Counted from the stretch's first letter, positions 29,359 to 40,025 are shown. The stretch is DNA of 64,000 nucleotides from Burkholderiaceae bacterium (GCA_947452625.1 CANGEC010000001.1:1576-65575); one strand, 5' to 3'. Numbers and translations are program-made. The notes: a model not told the origin generated them from the letters alone.

Positions 29359-30339
29359 ATGATCAAGATACTATTTCCATTTTTATTGGCATCACTTCTC
29401 CTCCCCTTGGGCACACAAGCACAAAGCAATGCAGCAAACGCCTATCCCAACAAGCCCGTGTCAATTGTCGTTACCTATGCACCAGGGGGCCTAGGCGATG
29501 TATTGGCCAGACGATTGGCTGAGAAGCTCAGTCAAAAAACCAAACAATCTTTTGTAGTGGAAAACAAACCAGGTGCCACTGGTGCCCTAGGATCCCGTTA
29601 TGTCGCCAAATCCAAACCAGATGGCTACACACTTCTACTTGGGCAAACCGGCGAGATGGTCATTAATCCGCTGGTCTCTAAAGACTTGGGTTATGACCCC
29701 AGCAAAGACTTTAAGGGTGTTGCTTTAATTGGTGAAGTTCCGCTAATTCTGGTTGCTCCAGGTAACTCAAGCTATAAATCCCTCCCAGAATTTATCAAGC
29801 TGGCGAAATCAAAGCCAGGATCGATGACTTATGCCTCTTCCGGAAGCGCAACCCCAGGTCACCTTGCGGCTGCAGAGTTGTGTCAGGCAGCCGGTATCAG
29901 CATGGTGCATGCACCTTATAAAGGTGCGGGCCAGGCAATGACCGATTTACTGGGTGGGCATGTTGATATTTTCTTCTCGAGTGCACCGGCAGTATTGCCC
30001 CATATTGACAGTAAAAATTTAAGAGCGCTAGCCGTCTCTTCAGAAAAAAGAATGGCGGTTTTACCTGAAGTGCATACCGTTGCAGAAGATGGCATCAAGG
30101 ACTTTAACTTCACCTTATGGGGTGGCATCTTTACTCCCACCGGCACACCTGAATCTGTAGTCAATTATTTAAATCAAGAAATCAATGACGTCCTCAGAGA
30201 CCCCAGCTTTATTGGTCAACTTGAGAAAGATGGTATTTTGATTCGGCCCAACTCCGTAGCTGAATTTAATGACTTTATGAAGCGTGAAAAAGTCAAATAT
30301 ACGAAGCTACTTAAAACTATTGAAATCAAAAGCGAATAA
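29359..30339 (+). CDS. Bug/TctC substrate-binding protein
   Basis: YPNKPV, APGGLGD, ENKPGATG, PDGYTLL, PYKGAG. Confidence 0.93.
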   Translation: MIKILFPFLLASLLLPLGTQAQSNAANAYPNKPVSIVVTYAPGGLGDVLARRLAEKLSQKTKQSFVVENKPGATGALGSRYVAKSKPDGYTLLLGQTGEMVINPLVSKDLGYDPSKDFKGVALIGEVPLILVAPGNSSYKSLPEFIKLAKSKPGSMTYASSGSATPGHLAAAELCQAAGISMVHAPYKGAGQAMTDLLGGHVDIFFSSAPAVLPHIDSKNLRALAVSSEKRMAVLPEVHTVAEDGIKDFNFTLWGGIFTPTGTPESVVNYLNQEINDVLRDPSFIGQLEKDGILIRPNSVAEFNDFMKREKVKYTKLLKTIEIKSE

Positions 30340-30361
30340 CCCTTAGCAGTTAATCAACCCT

Positions 30362-31423
30362 ATGAAAATTATTATTATTCCCGGCGACGGTATCGGCCCA
30401 GAAACCATGGCTGTTGTCGCCCAAGTCTTAGATGCAGCATCCACTCGCTTTCATCTCAACCTTGAACTCGAACATGAAATTGCAGGTCACGAGAGTCTAA
30501 AAAAATATGGGCGCACCGTTACTCCAGCATTGCTAGAAAAAGTAAAAGCTGCTGACGGTCTCATGCTGGGCCCGATGTCAACCTATGACTTCAAAGATGA
30601 GTCTAAAGGCGAAATCAATCCCTCGAAGTTCTTCAGAAAAGAATTGGATCTCTTTGCTAACATCCGTCCAGCGCGCACCTATCCCAATGTGCCAAGCTGT
30701 GTTAACGCGTTTGACTTGGCCGTAGTCAGAGAAAATACCGAAGGCTTTTATGCGGACCGTAATATAGAATCCGGCAACAGCGAGATGCTGATTACCCCGG
30801 ATGTCGCCATTTCTTTGCGTCGCATCACTAGACACTGTTGCGAGCGTATTGCGAAGGCCGCATTTGAATTAGCCATGACTCGCAAAAAACATGTCACGAT
30901 TGTGCACAAAGCCAACGTTCTGAAGATTGGTGACGGCATGTTTATTGATGCTTGCCATCGTATCGGCGCCCAATACCCGGAAGTCAAGATTGATGACTTC
31001 ATTGTTGATGCCATGATGGCCCATGTTGTAAGGGCTCCAGAGCGCTTTGACACCATTGTTACCACTAATATGTTTGGCGATATTTTGTCTGATTTAACGG
31101 CAGAACTGTCAGGAAGCTTAGGTTTAGGCGGCTCACTGAATGCAGGAGAGTGTTATGCGATGGGCCAGGCTGCGCATGGCTCAGCCCCCGACATTGCCAA
31201 TCAAGATATTGCCAACCCTTTCTCATTGGTTGTCTCAGCCGCCATGTTGCTCAATTGGTACGGCCAAAAAGAAGGGGTTCTAGCCTTTACTCAAGCAAGT
31301 AAAGCAATTGAACATTGCATGAGCGAGCTCATTGCCGCGGGAGAAACAACTGGCGACATTGGTGGCAAGTTGGGCACCAAAGCAGTTGGCGCAGCCTTTT
31401 TGAAACGGTTTACTACTGCCTAA
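30362..31423 (+). CDS. Isocitrate/isopropylmalate/tartrate family beta-decarboxylating dehydrogenase
   Basis: IPGDGIGPE, LFANIRP, VRENTEG, HKANV, NMFGDILSD, HGSAPDIA. Confidence 0.92.
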   Translation: MKIIIIPGDGIGPETMAVVAQVLDAASTRFHLNLELEHEIAGHESLKKYGRTVTPALLEKVKAADGLMLGPMSTYDFKDESKGEINPSKFFRKELDLFANIRPARTYPNVPSCVNAFDLAVVRENTEGFYADRNIESGNSEMLITPDVAISLRRITRHCCERIAKAAFELAMTRKKHVTIVHKANVLKIGDGMFIDACHRIGAQYPEVKIDDFIVDAMMAHVVRAPERFDTIVTTNMFGDILSDLTAELSGSLGLGGSLNAGECYAMGQAAHGSAPDIANQDIANPFSLVVSAAMLLNWYGQKEGVLAFTQASKAIEHCMSELIAAGETTGDIGGKLGTKAVGAAFLKRFTTA

Positions 31424-31440
31424 TAGATGGGGTTATTCTG

Positions 31441-32397
31441 ATGATTACTAGAAGAAAGTTTATTTCTGGAGCTACCGGATTATTAGCGGGCGCCGCCCTC
31501 ACCTCTCTTGACTCTAATGCGGAGCCTGAATTGAAACCCAACTTTGATGTCCCAGCTGGCGCTTGCGATTGCCATATTCATGTGATCGGCCCGCAAGCCC
31601 AATATCCCATGGTGGCTGATCGCGTATACACACCACCCGAGTGTGGTGTTCCGCAACTACGCGCCCACCTCAAGCAGCTAAAACTCTCCAGAGTGGTATT
31701 GATTCAGCCAAGTTTCTATGGCACTGACAATACTTTTCAATTGCTCTCCACCCAAGAAATGGGGGATGCCGCCCGCGCGGTGATTGTGATCGATGACAAG
31801 ACCACTGATCAAGCAATCGCCAAAATGGTTAGCATGGGTGCTCGGGGTGTACGCATGAATTTATCCACCTCCGGAATCTTTGATCCAGATGTCGCTCGCA
31901 AGCAAATGATTGAACTCGCGCAGCGGGTCAAAGACTTTAAGTTACACATTCAAGTGTATTCATCAGCAAAAGTGATTGCCGCACTGTCTAATACCATTCA
32001 AAATTTATCCGTGCCTGTAGTACTTGATCATTTTGCTTCAATCAATGCTACCGGTTTCCAAAAAAATGCAGGGCTTCCTGCCATCCTAGACCTAGCCAAA
32101 TCTGGCAACGTCTATATCAAGCTTTCAGCGGTATATCGCGTTTCAAAAGCTGCGCCTGATTACGCCGAAGTCAAAGACCTGGCACAACTATTTGTAGAAA
32201 CCAATCCCGATAGAATGGTTTGGGCTAGCGATTGGCCTCACACCAACACAATCCCCGGAATACCAGCCACCCAAATTACCCCTTACAGAGTCGTTGATGA
32301 TGTGCGCATCTTCAACCTCCTGCCAGACTGGATTCCTCAGCGCGAGAACTTGACTAAGGTTTTAGTCAGTAACCCAGCACGCCTCTACGGGTTTTAA
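31441..32397 (+). CDS. LigI-like amidohydrolase (lactonase/isomerase) with Tat signal
   Basis: MITRRKFISG leader; ACDCHIH, QPSFYGTDN, VLDHF, YIKLS, WASDWPH, NPARLYGF. Confidence 0.87.
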   Translation: MITRRKFISGATGLLAGAALTSLDSNAEPELKPNFDVPAGACDCHIHVIGPQAQYPMVADRVYTPPECGVPQLRAHLKQLKLSRVVLIQPSFYGTDNTFQLLSTQEMGDAARAVIVIDDKTTDQAIAKMVSMGARGVRMNLSTSGIFDPDVARKQMIELAQRVKDFKLHIQVYSSAKVIAALSNTIQNLSVPVVLDHFASINATGFQKNAGLPAILDLAKSGNVYIKLSAVYRVSKAAPDYAEVKDLAQLFVETNPDRMVWASDWPHTNTIPGIPATQITPYRVVDDVRIFNLLPDWIPQRENLTKVLVSNPARLYGF

Positions 32398-32600
32398 CAC
32401 CCGGAAGGGGTGGCTCCGTACCGAAACCCCTCCATCCTGGGTAATCACCATTGAATGGTGATTTTTTTGGTTTCACTACCGTACGACTTATTTATCTAAT
32501 AAATCGATAACTAATATCAAATCAATTCATTAGACAAATATCAATTCATGCGTCAAAATTCACCCGTTGTTCATTACTTTACAAACAAAAAGGAACTTTT

Positions 32601-33164
32601 ATGTCCATTATTAACACCCCTGTTATCCCTTTTAAAACCCAAGCATTTCACAACGGTAAATTTATTACCGTTTCTGATGAGAGCCTCAAAGGTAAATGGT
32701 CTGTGCTGATTTTCATGCCAGCAGCCTTTACTTTTAACTGCCCAACAGAAATCGAAGATGCTGCAGATAACTATGCTGAATTCCAAAAATTAGGCGCTGA
32801 AGTGTATATCGTGACAACCGATACACATTTCTCACACAAAGTTTGGCATGAGACTTCACCAGCTGTTGGTAAAGCAAAATTCCCATTGGTTGGCGATCCA
32901 ACCCACACTCTGACACGCGGCTTTGGCGTTCACATTGACGAAGAAGGTCTCGCATTGCGTGGCACATTCATCATCAACCCAGAAGGCGTTATCAAAACTG
33001 CTGAAATTCATTCAAACGAAATCGCGCGCGATGTTTCTGAAACACTGCGTAAGTTGAAGGCTGCCCAGTACACAGCATCACACCCAGGCGAAGTTTGCCC
33101 AGCAAAATGGAAAGAAGGTGCCGCTACTTTGACACCGTCTTTAGATCTCGTAGGCAAGATCTAA
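32601..33164 (+). CDS. ahpC: Alkyl hydroperoxide reductase subunit C (peroxiredoxin)
   Basis: FTFNCPTE, GEVCPAKW, PSLDLVGKI. Confidence 0.97.
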   Translation: MSIINTPVIPFKTQAFHNGKFITVSDESLKGKWSVLIFMPAAFTFNCPTEIEDAADNYAEFQKLGAEVYIVTTDTHFSHKVWHETSPAVGKAKFPLVGDPTHTLTRGFGVHIDEEGLALRGTFIINPEGVIKTAEIHSNEIARDVSETLRKLKAAQYTASHPGEVCPAKWKEGAATLTPSLDLVGKI

Positions 33165-33269
33165 GCTAGCGGAATCTCGCTACCCAGCAGACTCTCTTCG
33201 GAGAGTCTATTGGAGAGGAGCCCATCCTGCCCAATAGACTCACCCAAATTTTAGATTCAGGAATCCATC

Positions 33270-34838
33270 ATGTTAGATGCCAATATCAAATCCCAACTTA
33301 AAGCGTACTTTGAAAAAATTGTTCAACCCATCGTGTTGACTGCTACGCTAGATGACAGCCCAGCCTCCACTCAGATGCTTGAACTTCTGAATGAAGTCGC
33401 TGAACAATCAGAAAAAATTCACGTCAGAACTGATGGTGACTCTGAGAATAAGCCTAGCTTTACTGTAGGCAAAGATGGTGAAGTAGCTCGCATTCGGTTC
33501 TCAGGTTTACCCATGGGTCATGAAATGACCTCCTTCATTCTCGCCATCTTGCAAGCTAGCGGTTACCCCCCAAAAGTAGAGGCGGAAATCATTGAGCGCA
33601 TTCGTGGCCTGAGTGGTAAGTTCCGCTTTCAAACCTTTATCTCTTTGTCATGTCATAACTGCCCAGACGTAGTTCAGGCTCTCAACCTAATGGCAGCGCT
33701 CAATTCCAATATTGAGCATGAAATGATTGATGGCGCACTTTTTCAAGGCCTGGTCGATCAACACCAAATCATGGCAGTACCAACCGTTCTCCTAAACGAC
33801 CAAGTATTTGGGCAAGGGCGGATGAATGCCGAAGAAATCATCGCTAAACTCGATGCCAATACTCCTCAAGAAGCCGCGGCAAAGCTCAGCGCTAAAGATG
33901 AGTTTGACGTCTTAGTCATTGGTGGTGGCCCCGCTGGCTCTGCCGCCGCTATTTATGCGGCACGAAAAGGCATTCGCACGGGTATTGTGGCGGAACGCTT
34001 TGGCGGTCAAGTTATGGATACCTTGGGAATTGAAAACTTTATCTCGGTTAAAGAGACCGAAGGGCCCAAGCTAGTGCAAGCCCTAGAGCAACACGTCAAA
34101 AGCTATGAAGTAGATCTCATGAATTTACAACGCGCTAGTGCATTGCGTAAAACCGAGCATGGTGTTGAGGTGGAACTAGCCAATGGCGCCATTCTCAAAA
34201 GCAAATCTATCATCCTCAGTACAGGTGCACGCTGGAAAGAAATGAATGTTCCTGGTGAGCAAGAGTATCGCAATAAGGGTGTAGCCTATTGCCCGCACTG
34301 TGATGGCCCGCTATTTAAAGGTAAGCGTGTCGCTGTAATTGGTGGCGGCAATTCCGGGGTTGAGGCGGCGATTGATTTGGCTGGCATCGTTAGCCATGTC
34401 ACGCTTATTGAGTTTGATGACAAACTGAGAGCGGATGCGGTGCTGCAGGCAAAACTTTCTAGCCTCTCAAATGTCACCGTTATTAAAAGCGCGCTCACCA
34501 AAGCAGTATTAGGAGACGGCAACAAAGTTAATGGCCTACGCTACCTAGATCGGGTGAGCAATACCGAACACGCTATTGAGCTTGAAGGCATCTTTGTGCA
34601 AATTGGTTTACTGCCGAATACTGATTGGCTAAAAGGAAGTGTTGACCTATCACCTCGTGGTGAAATCATCATCGACCATAAAGGCGAAACCTCGACTCCC
34701 GGTGTTTTTGCCGCAGGTGATTGCACCACCGTTCCCTACAAGCAAATCATCATTGCCATGGGAGAAGGGGCAAAAGCATCACTCGCCGCTTTTGATTATC
34801 TGATCCGCTCATCTGTTCCAGAGCCTGCCCTACATTAA
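33270..34838 (+). CDS. ahpF: Alkyl hydroperoxide reductase subunit F
   Basis: SCHNCPD, GGGPAG, CPHCDGP, GGGNSG. Confidence 0.97.
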   Translation: MLDANIKSQLKAYFEKIVQPIVLTATLDDSPASTQMLELLNEVAEQSEKIHVRTDGDSENKPSFTVGKDGEVARIRFSGLPMGHEMTSFILAILQASGYPPKVEAEIIERIRGLSGKFRFQTFISLSCHNCPDVVQALNLMAALNSNIEHEMIDGALFQGLVDQHQIMAVPTVLLNDQVFGQGRMNAEEIIAKLDANTPQEAAAKLSAKDEFDVLVIGGGPAGSAAAIYAARKGIRTGIVAERFGGQVMDTLGIENFISVKETEGPKLVQALEQHVKSYEVDLMNLQRASALRKTEHGVEVELANGAILKSKSIILSTGARWKEMNVPGEQEYRNKGVAYCPHCDGPLFKGKRVAVIGGGNSGVEAAIDLAGIVSHVTLIEFDDKLRADAVLQAKLSSLSNVTVIKSALTKAVLGDGNKVNGLRYLDRVSNTEHAIELEGIFVQIGLLPNTDWLKGSVDLSPRGEIIIDHKGETSTPGVFAAGDCTTVPYKQIIIAMGEGAKASLAAFDYLIRSSVPEPALH

Positions 34839-34945
34839 TTAGGCGCGGTTCACCACTGGCTGTGCGGCAATGGCTAGGTCATGATGGTCTATGGTATTTT
34901 TAGTCTTTTAGCTATTTAGACTAAACCTCATTTCTGACAACTATC

Positions 34946-35824
34946 ATGAATCAGCACATTCGCCCTCGCCGCTCAGTCCTCTATATGCCCGGCGCCAATA
35001 CCAGGGCTCTAGAAAAAGCAAAATTCCTGCCTGCAGATTCGCTCATTCTAGATCTAGAGGATGCTGTAGCCCCTGATGCGAAAGCTCAGGCCCGGCAAAA
35101 TATTCGTCAAGCCCTTTCCAATGGATTTGGGCATCGTGAAACCGTTGTCAGAATTAATGGACTTAACACCCCCTGGGGCTTAGATGACCTCAATATTTTT
35201 GCGAAGAGCGAAGCCGACGCCATCCTCCTGCCAAAAGTGGAGTCTGCACAACAGATTGAGGAGTTGGCTAAACATCTTGAGCAACTCAATCCAAACAACA
35301 CCCTCAAAATCTGGGCCATGATTGAAACGCCAATGGCTTTTTTTAAACTCCCGGAAATTTGCAACTCACACCCACGACTAGAGACCTTGGTTTTGGGAAC
35401 CTCTGATTTGGTAAAAGACCTGCATGCTAGACACACCCCTCAAAGAGTAGAAACACAAACTGCGCTATCCCTTGCCGTACTGGCAGCAAGAGCGCATCAC
35501 CTTTGCGTACTGGATGGCGTACATCTTTCACTGGATGATGACATTGGCCTAGAACAATCTTGCATTCAAGGGCGAGACATGGGTTTTGATGGCAAGACTT
35601 TAATCCACCCCAACCAAATCACACTTGCTAATGCAATTTTTGGGCCATCACCAGCAGAAATTCAGGAAGCCGAAGAAAGAATTGCAGCCTATGAAGCCGC
35701 CATTCAATCTGGCGCTGGGATAGCGGTGCTCAATGGCAAGCTAGTTGAAGAGCTGCACATTCAGGATGCTAAGAGAATTCTGGGGCTAGCAAATGCTATC
35801 GCGCAATTCTCACAAGCGAATTAA
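34946..35824 (+). CDS. CitE/malyl-CoA lyase-like CoA-ester lyase
   Basis: RPRRSVLYMPG, LDLEDAV, AMIETP, GFDGKTLIHP, GKLVEELH. Confidence 0.9.
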   Translation: MNQHIRPRRSVLYMPGANTRALEKAKFLPADSLILDLEDAVAPDAKAQARQNIRQALSNGFGHRETVVRINGLNTPWGLDDLNIFAKSEADAILLPKVESAQQIEELAKHLEQLNPNNTLKIWAMIETPMAFFKLPEICNSHPRLETLVLGTSDLVKDLHARHTPQRVETQTALSLAVLAARAHHLCVLDGVHLSLDDDIGLEQSCIQGRDMGFDGKTLIHPNQITLANAIFGPSPAEIQEAEERIAAYEAAIQSGAGIAVLNGKLVEELHIQDAKRILGLANAIAQFSQAN

Positions 35825-36076
35825 ATCGTTTAAGGCCTGCAGAATGCGAAGATATTTGGCACCGTAAAACGGAAGCGAAACCAGAAAGCCTATGCCGATA
35901 ATGTAGAGAGTTATAGTCTTTCTTTGCTCTTCTGAATACCGTTGACGCAAATACTTAAACTCATACAACACTCTGCGAATGAATCGATAGAGAAACTCAA
36001 AGAACACAAAAAGCACGAAGAGTACGCCCAACCAAGAATATGGAAGTTCAGAGAAAAAAATGAGTATGCCGTCCAT
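35810..36076 (-). CDS. Hypothetical small membrane protein
   Basis: Two hydrophobic segments; AGGA upstream of the ATG. Confidence 0.5.
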   Translation of the reverse strand: MDGILIFFSELPYSWLGVLFVLFVFFEFLYRFIRRVLYEFKYLRQRYSEEQRKTITLYIIGIGFLVSLPFYGAKYLRILQALNDLIRL

Positions 36077-36196
36077 CAGAGCGTCCTATTAATATTTGCA
36101 ATTCATTTTAAGGTTACCACTGATTGGGGTCTGTAAATACGGATAAAGTCGTGCAATTTTTTAGCAATACCTAAGTAGATTCAGTAAAATCAGCCA

Positions 36197-37099
36197 ATGC
36201 GTAACGTACGTCAGTTATTGACTCGCCTCCTGCTTCTAGCAACACTGCAACCCTTCGCAGTGTCGGCGATCGATTTACAGCCAAATGATGTTGTTGCACC
36301 CCTGCCAGGTAAAAATTATCTGATGCTCAGTTATTTAAATACTGAAAACAATACTTTTTACAAGAATGGCTCTATTTCCTCTGCCGGCCCTTATAAAAAT
36401 CCAGTCATCGAAGTCAATACCGCAATATTGCGAGGCACAACAACCTATTCGATTGCGGACTTGCCTGCGGTGAGTTATCTGCAAGTGCCCTATGGGTCAG
36501 TAAAGCCAGGCGGGTCCTTAAGCTCTTATCCCACCGATACTGGTCTTGGCGATATCACCATAGCCACGGCCATCTGGCCTTATGCAGACCGTGCTAGCAG
36601 AACCTACCTTGGGGTGGCTGGCTACCTGATTACCCCTACCGGCAGTTACTCAAGTCAAAGACCCTTTAGTGTGGGAGAAAATCGCTTCAAAACCGACTTG
36701 CAAATTGGTTTTCAAAAGCCAATTACCGACAGCATTGATGGTATGGTTGCCGTTGATACGATGTGGTACGGAGGTAATAGTCAGTGCTCTGCCGCCTGCC
36801 CACCAGCGACAATGACCTCTCTGTCGCAAAAGCCGCTCACTACCGCCCAAATTGGCCCGATCTATAACATCAACCGCATCTTCACTGTAGGCGCTTCTTA
36901 ATTCTATGTTGCGGGTGGCGCCACCTCTTTCAATAACACGTATCAAAATAACGTGGTCAACACGCAGCGTTTTTTATTAAGTGGTTTGGCTCATACCCCA
37001 ATCGGCCGCTTCTCACTGCAATATGGGCGGGATATGGAAGTCAAGAATGGCTTTGCCCAGTCACGCCTCTTAGCCATTCTTTTTGCCAAAGAGTTTTAG
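36197..37099 (+). pseudogene. Phenol_MetA_deg/SphA-like outer-membrane channel interrupted by an in-frame TAA
   Basis: Signal peptide, TGLGDI, PTGSY..GENRF; TAA at 36899-36901, then the same frame continues FYVAGG...LQYGRDMEVKNGF...FAKEF* to 37099, ending in Phe. Confidence 0.8.
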
Positions 37100-37100
37100 G

Positions 37101-37131
37101 CAAAAAGAATGCCGCTCATAGGCGGCATTCT
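37101..37131. terminator. Terminator between convergent genes
   Basis: AGAATGCCGC-N6-GCGGCATTCT, with A-run giving a T-tract on the minus strand. Confidence 0.75.
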
Positions 37132-37150
37132 CATCAGCTACAGCCAAACC

Positions 37151-39385
37151 TTACGCTAGAGAGAGATTCTCTTTATAGAGCGGGAAATTCCGCACAGGCT
37201 TACCAATCGCAGCTGAAATCGCATTTGCAATCGCTGGACCGACCACGCAAATTGTCGGCTCACCGACACCGCCCCAGAAATCATAAGTTGGTACCAATAC
37301 CACTTCAACACGTGGCGTTGAGGCCAACTTGAGGAGCGGATAAGAATCCAAGTTCTGTTGCTTAATGCGGCCATTCTCCACGGTAATCTCTGGATTAAAA
37401 ATCGCGCCCAAAGCCATTACCACAGAACCTTCGATCTGCTCGCGGGTGAGATAGGGGTTAACAACGTGCCCGGAGTTCAATGCGAATACTAAACGTTCAA
37501 CATTAACAATATTGCCTTTAACTGACACCTCTGCCACACAAGCGGAATAACTGGCATAACCCATAAATTGCGCAATGCCGCGATGCACGCCAGGAGCCAA
37601 CGGTTTACCCCAGTTACCCTTCTGAGCCGCAGCATTTAATACCGCAAGATGCTTTGGATGACTTTGCATGAGTGCCTGACGGAACTGCAAAGGATCTTTG
37701 TTCGCTGCTTTAGCGCACTCATCCATGAAGCATTCCATAAAAATACCATTTTGATTGGTATTAACACCTCGCCATGGACCAACTGGCACATGGGAGTTTT
37801 TCATGACGTACTCAGTCAGTAAAGTTGGAAACTTATAGCCAAGCTGAGCATCAGGACCTTTCTCGTAAAAACCTTGGAGCTGACGCTCATCCTTGCCATC
37901 CTTAATTGCTGAGGGTGCAAGTGTGGCATTGATAGATTGCCCCGCCACTTTAATATGCATACCCGTAAGGTTGCCGGCAGCATCCAAGCCAGCAGTCATT
38001 TTTGCCATGGCGATTGGATGATAGTAGTCATGAGTCATATCCTCTTCACGACTCCAAATTAATTTCACTGGCACACCCGGAAATTGTTTAGCAATGATTG
38101 CCGCTTGCGTCACATAATCCTGCGTTCCTCCGCGTCGTCCTAAGCCGGTACCAGGGTCGAGCTTATAAACCTCGCATTTATCAAGGGGTATGCCTGTTGC
38201 TTCTGAGAGCGCCGCAAATGAAGCTTCACCATTTTGCGTTGGAACCCAAGCCTCAGCCCGGTCACCACTAATACGAACCGTTGCATTCATGGGCTCCATA
38301 TTGACGTGGGCACGATAAGGCGTGAAGTAAATAGCCTCCACTTTTTTATTAGCCGATGCAATGGCACCAAGAGCATCACCCTCTTTGCGTTGCCAAAAAT
38401 CACCTTGCTCATCCAAGCCATCACGTAATGCCTTATTGATTTCTGTAGATGAGGTATTCGCACCCTTGCCTTCATCCCACACAATCGGTAGAACATCTAA
38501 GGCAGTCTTTGCGCGCCACCAAGTATCAGCCACCACAGCAACTGCATGGTCGTTGACTTTAACAACACCTTTAACGCCCCGTAGACTCTTTACCTTAGCC
38601 TCATCATAACTTACTAGCTTCCCACCAAATACCGGACAAGCCTTTACCGCCGCGCACAGCATGCCTGGCAATTGCAAATCCACACCAAAAACTTTCGAAC
38701 CATTCACCTTATTAGCGGTATCAAGCCGAGCGTAAGGCTGACCTGCCACTTTCCAGGTTCTAGGATCTTTTAAAGTAATCGACTTAGGATCGGGCGGGGT
38801 CAACAATGCTGCCTGCTGAGCGACCTTGCCATATGTTGTGCTGCGTCCGGACTGCGGATGGGTAATTACTCCTTTATCCACCTTCAATTCACTAGCGGGT
38901 ACATTCCAATTGTTGGCAGCCGCTTGAACCAGCATGATGCGGGCTGCTGCTGCACCCCGACGCACATAGTCCTCAGAAATCCGAATACCACGACTACCGC
39001 CAGTACCCATCTCTCCCCAAGCGCGCTTGCGTGCCAAACTTTCACCAGGCGTAGGAGATTCAGTCATTACCCTTTTCCAATTGCACTCCAACTCTTCAGC
39101 AACCAGTTGCGCCAAACCAGTGCGAGTGCCTTGACCCATCTCAGAACGTGCGATTCGAATCATCACCGTTTCGTCAGGATGAATGCTGACCCAAGCATTC
39201 ACCTCTGGCTCGCCTGCCTTCATTGGAGCATTAGGATCATATTTGCTATTCAATTGCGCAAAGGCGAGTTCAGGCAATGCGCCCAAACCCAGCATTAAAC
39301 CTCCGCTAGCAAGCGTTCCTTTGATAATAAAATCACGACGTGCGGTATTTACCATCATATTTTTATTCAGTGTCTTTGCTGTCAT
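37151..39385 (-). CDS. Second IorB-like molybdopterin-binding subunit with Tat signal
   Basis: Start MTAKTL; ARRDFI leader; EMGQG, HVNMEPMN, GTGLGRR, WRGV, GGVGEP. Confidence 0.92.
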   Translation of the reverse strand: MTAKTLNKNMMVNTARRDFIIKGTLASGGLMLGLGALPELAFAQLNSKYDPNAPMKAGEPEVNAWVSIHPDETVMIRIARSEMGQGTRTGLAQLVAEELECNWKRVMTESPTPGESLARKRAWGEMGTGGSRGIRISEDYVRRGAAAARIMLVQAAANNWNVPASELKVDKGVITHPQSGRSTTYGKVAQQAALLTPPDPKSITLKDPRTWKVAGQPYARLDTANKVNGSKVFGVDLQLPGMLCAAVKACPVFGGKLVSYDEAKVKSLRGVKGVVKVNDHAVAVVADTWWRAKTALDVLPIVWDEGKGANTSSTEINKALRDGLDEQGDFWQRKEGDALGAIASANKKVEAIYFTPYRAHVNMEPMNATVRISGDRAEAWVPTQNGEASFAALSEATGIPLDKCEVYKLDPGTGLGRRGGTQDYVTQAAIIAKQFPGVPVKLIWSREEDMTHDYYHPIAMAKMTAGLDAAGNLTGMHIKVAGQSINATLAPSAIKDGKDERQLQGFYEKGPDAQLGYKFPTLLTEYVMKNSHVPVGPWRGVNTNQNGIFMECFMDECAKAANKDPLQFRQALMQSHPKHLAVLNAAAQKGNWGKPLAPGVHRGIAQFMGYASYSACVAEVSVKGNIVNVERLVFALNSGHVVNPYLTREQIEGSVVMALGAIFNPEITVENGRIKQQNLDSYPLLKLASTPRVEVVLVPTYDFWGGVGEPTICVVGPAIANAISAAIGKPVRNFPLYKENLSLA

Positions 39386-39395
39386 TTCGCGCCCC

Positions 39396-39893
39396 TTACC
39401 CACGTGTCTTAGTTGAGGCATCGTATTGAGCAAGCACATCTTCTAACTTTTTCTGCCCCGAAGCCACATGAATACCATCGCGCACTTTTTGATAGGTCCC
39501 GCAACGACAAACGTTCGTCATAGCATTATCAATATCAGCATCTGTTGGTTTTGGAATTCTCTTTAATAAAGCAGCCGCAGCCATTACTTGACCTGACTGA
39601 CAATAACCACATTGGGGAACGTCCAATGCAATCCAGGCTTTTTGCACTGGGTGAGAATTATCTTTAGATAAAGCTTCAACCGTAGTAATTTTCATTGCCC
39701 CTACAGCAGAAACAGGGATTGAGCAGGAGCGCACAGGCTCACCATTCATGTAGACAGTGCAGGCACCACACTGGGCAACACCGCAGCCATACTTGGTGCC
39801 AGTTAAGCCTACCACCTCACGAATTGCCCACAACAAGGGCATATTAGGCTCCACATCAATATTGTGGATTTGCCCATTAATGGTTAATTGCAT
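39396..39893 (-). CDS. Second IorA-like 2x[2Fe-2S] subunit
   Basis: GTKYGCGVAQCGACTV, QCGYCQ, NVCRCGTY. Confidence 0.95.
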   Translation of the reverse strand: MQLTINGQIHNIDVEPNMPLLWAIREVVGLTGTKYGCGVAQCGACTVYMNGEPVRSCSIPVSAVGAMKITTVEALSKDNSHPVQKAWIALDVPQCGYCQSGQVMAAAALLKRIPKPTDADIDNAMTNVCRCGTYQKVRDGIHVASGQKKLEDVLAQYDASTKTRG

Positions 39894-40025
39894 TACCGTC
39901 TCCTTTAGATCTGATGAAGCTGATACTTATAGTTATCCGGATGACTATAAATCATTCTTTGAATAAATTCAGGGGCAATGTGAGGGCCTAGTAAAAACCC
40001 TCAAAAGTCGATCCTAAGGGTGTGT

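Noticed and set aside
23522-31423. leuC/leuD/leuB leucine biosynthesis genes
   Set aside because: Short DmdAB/archaeal-type subunits, altered motifs and a catabolic context with Bug and lyase genes; the dehydrogenase is in a separate unit
31315-31440. Long N-terminal extensions in the ORF track (also 11776, 17134, 24139, 39439, 42102, 59262)
   Set aside because: They overlap neighbouring genes or bury signal peptides; downstream starts have better RBS or coupling
32495-32550. OxyR site upstream of ahpC
   Set aside because: Biologically expected, and ATCAATTCAT is repeated at 32521 and 32540, but I could not fit the ATAG-N7-CTAT-N7-ATAG-N7-CTAT spacing, so it is not called
36899-36901. Programmed readthrough (Sec/Pyl)
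   Set aside because: The codon is TAA, not TGA or TAG; a nonsense mutation or sequencing error is simpler
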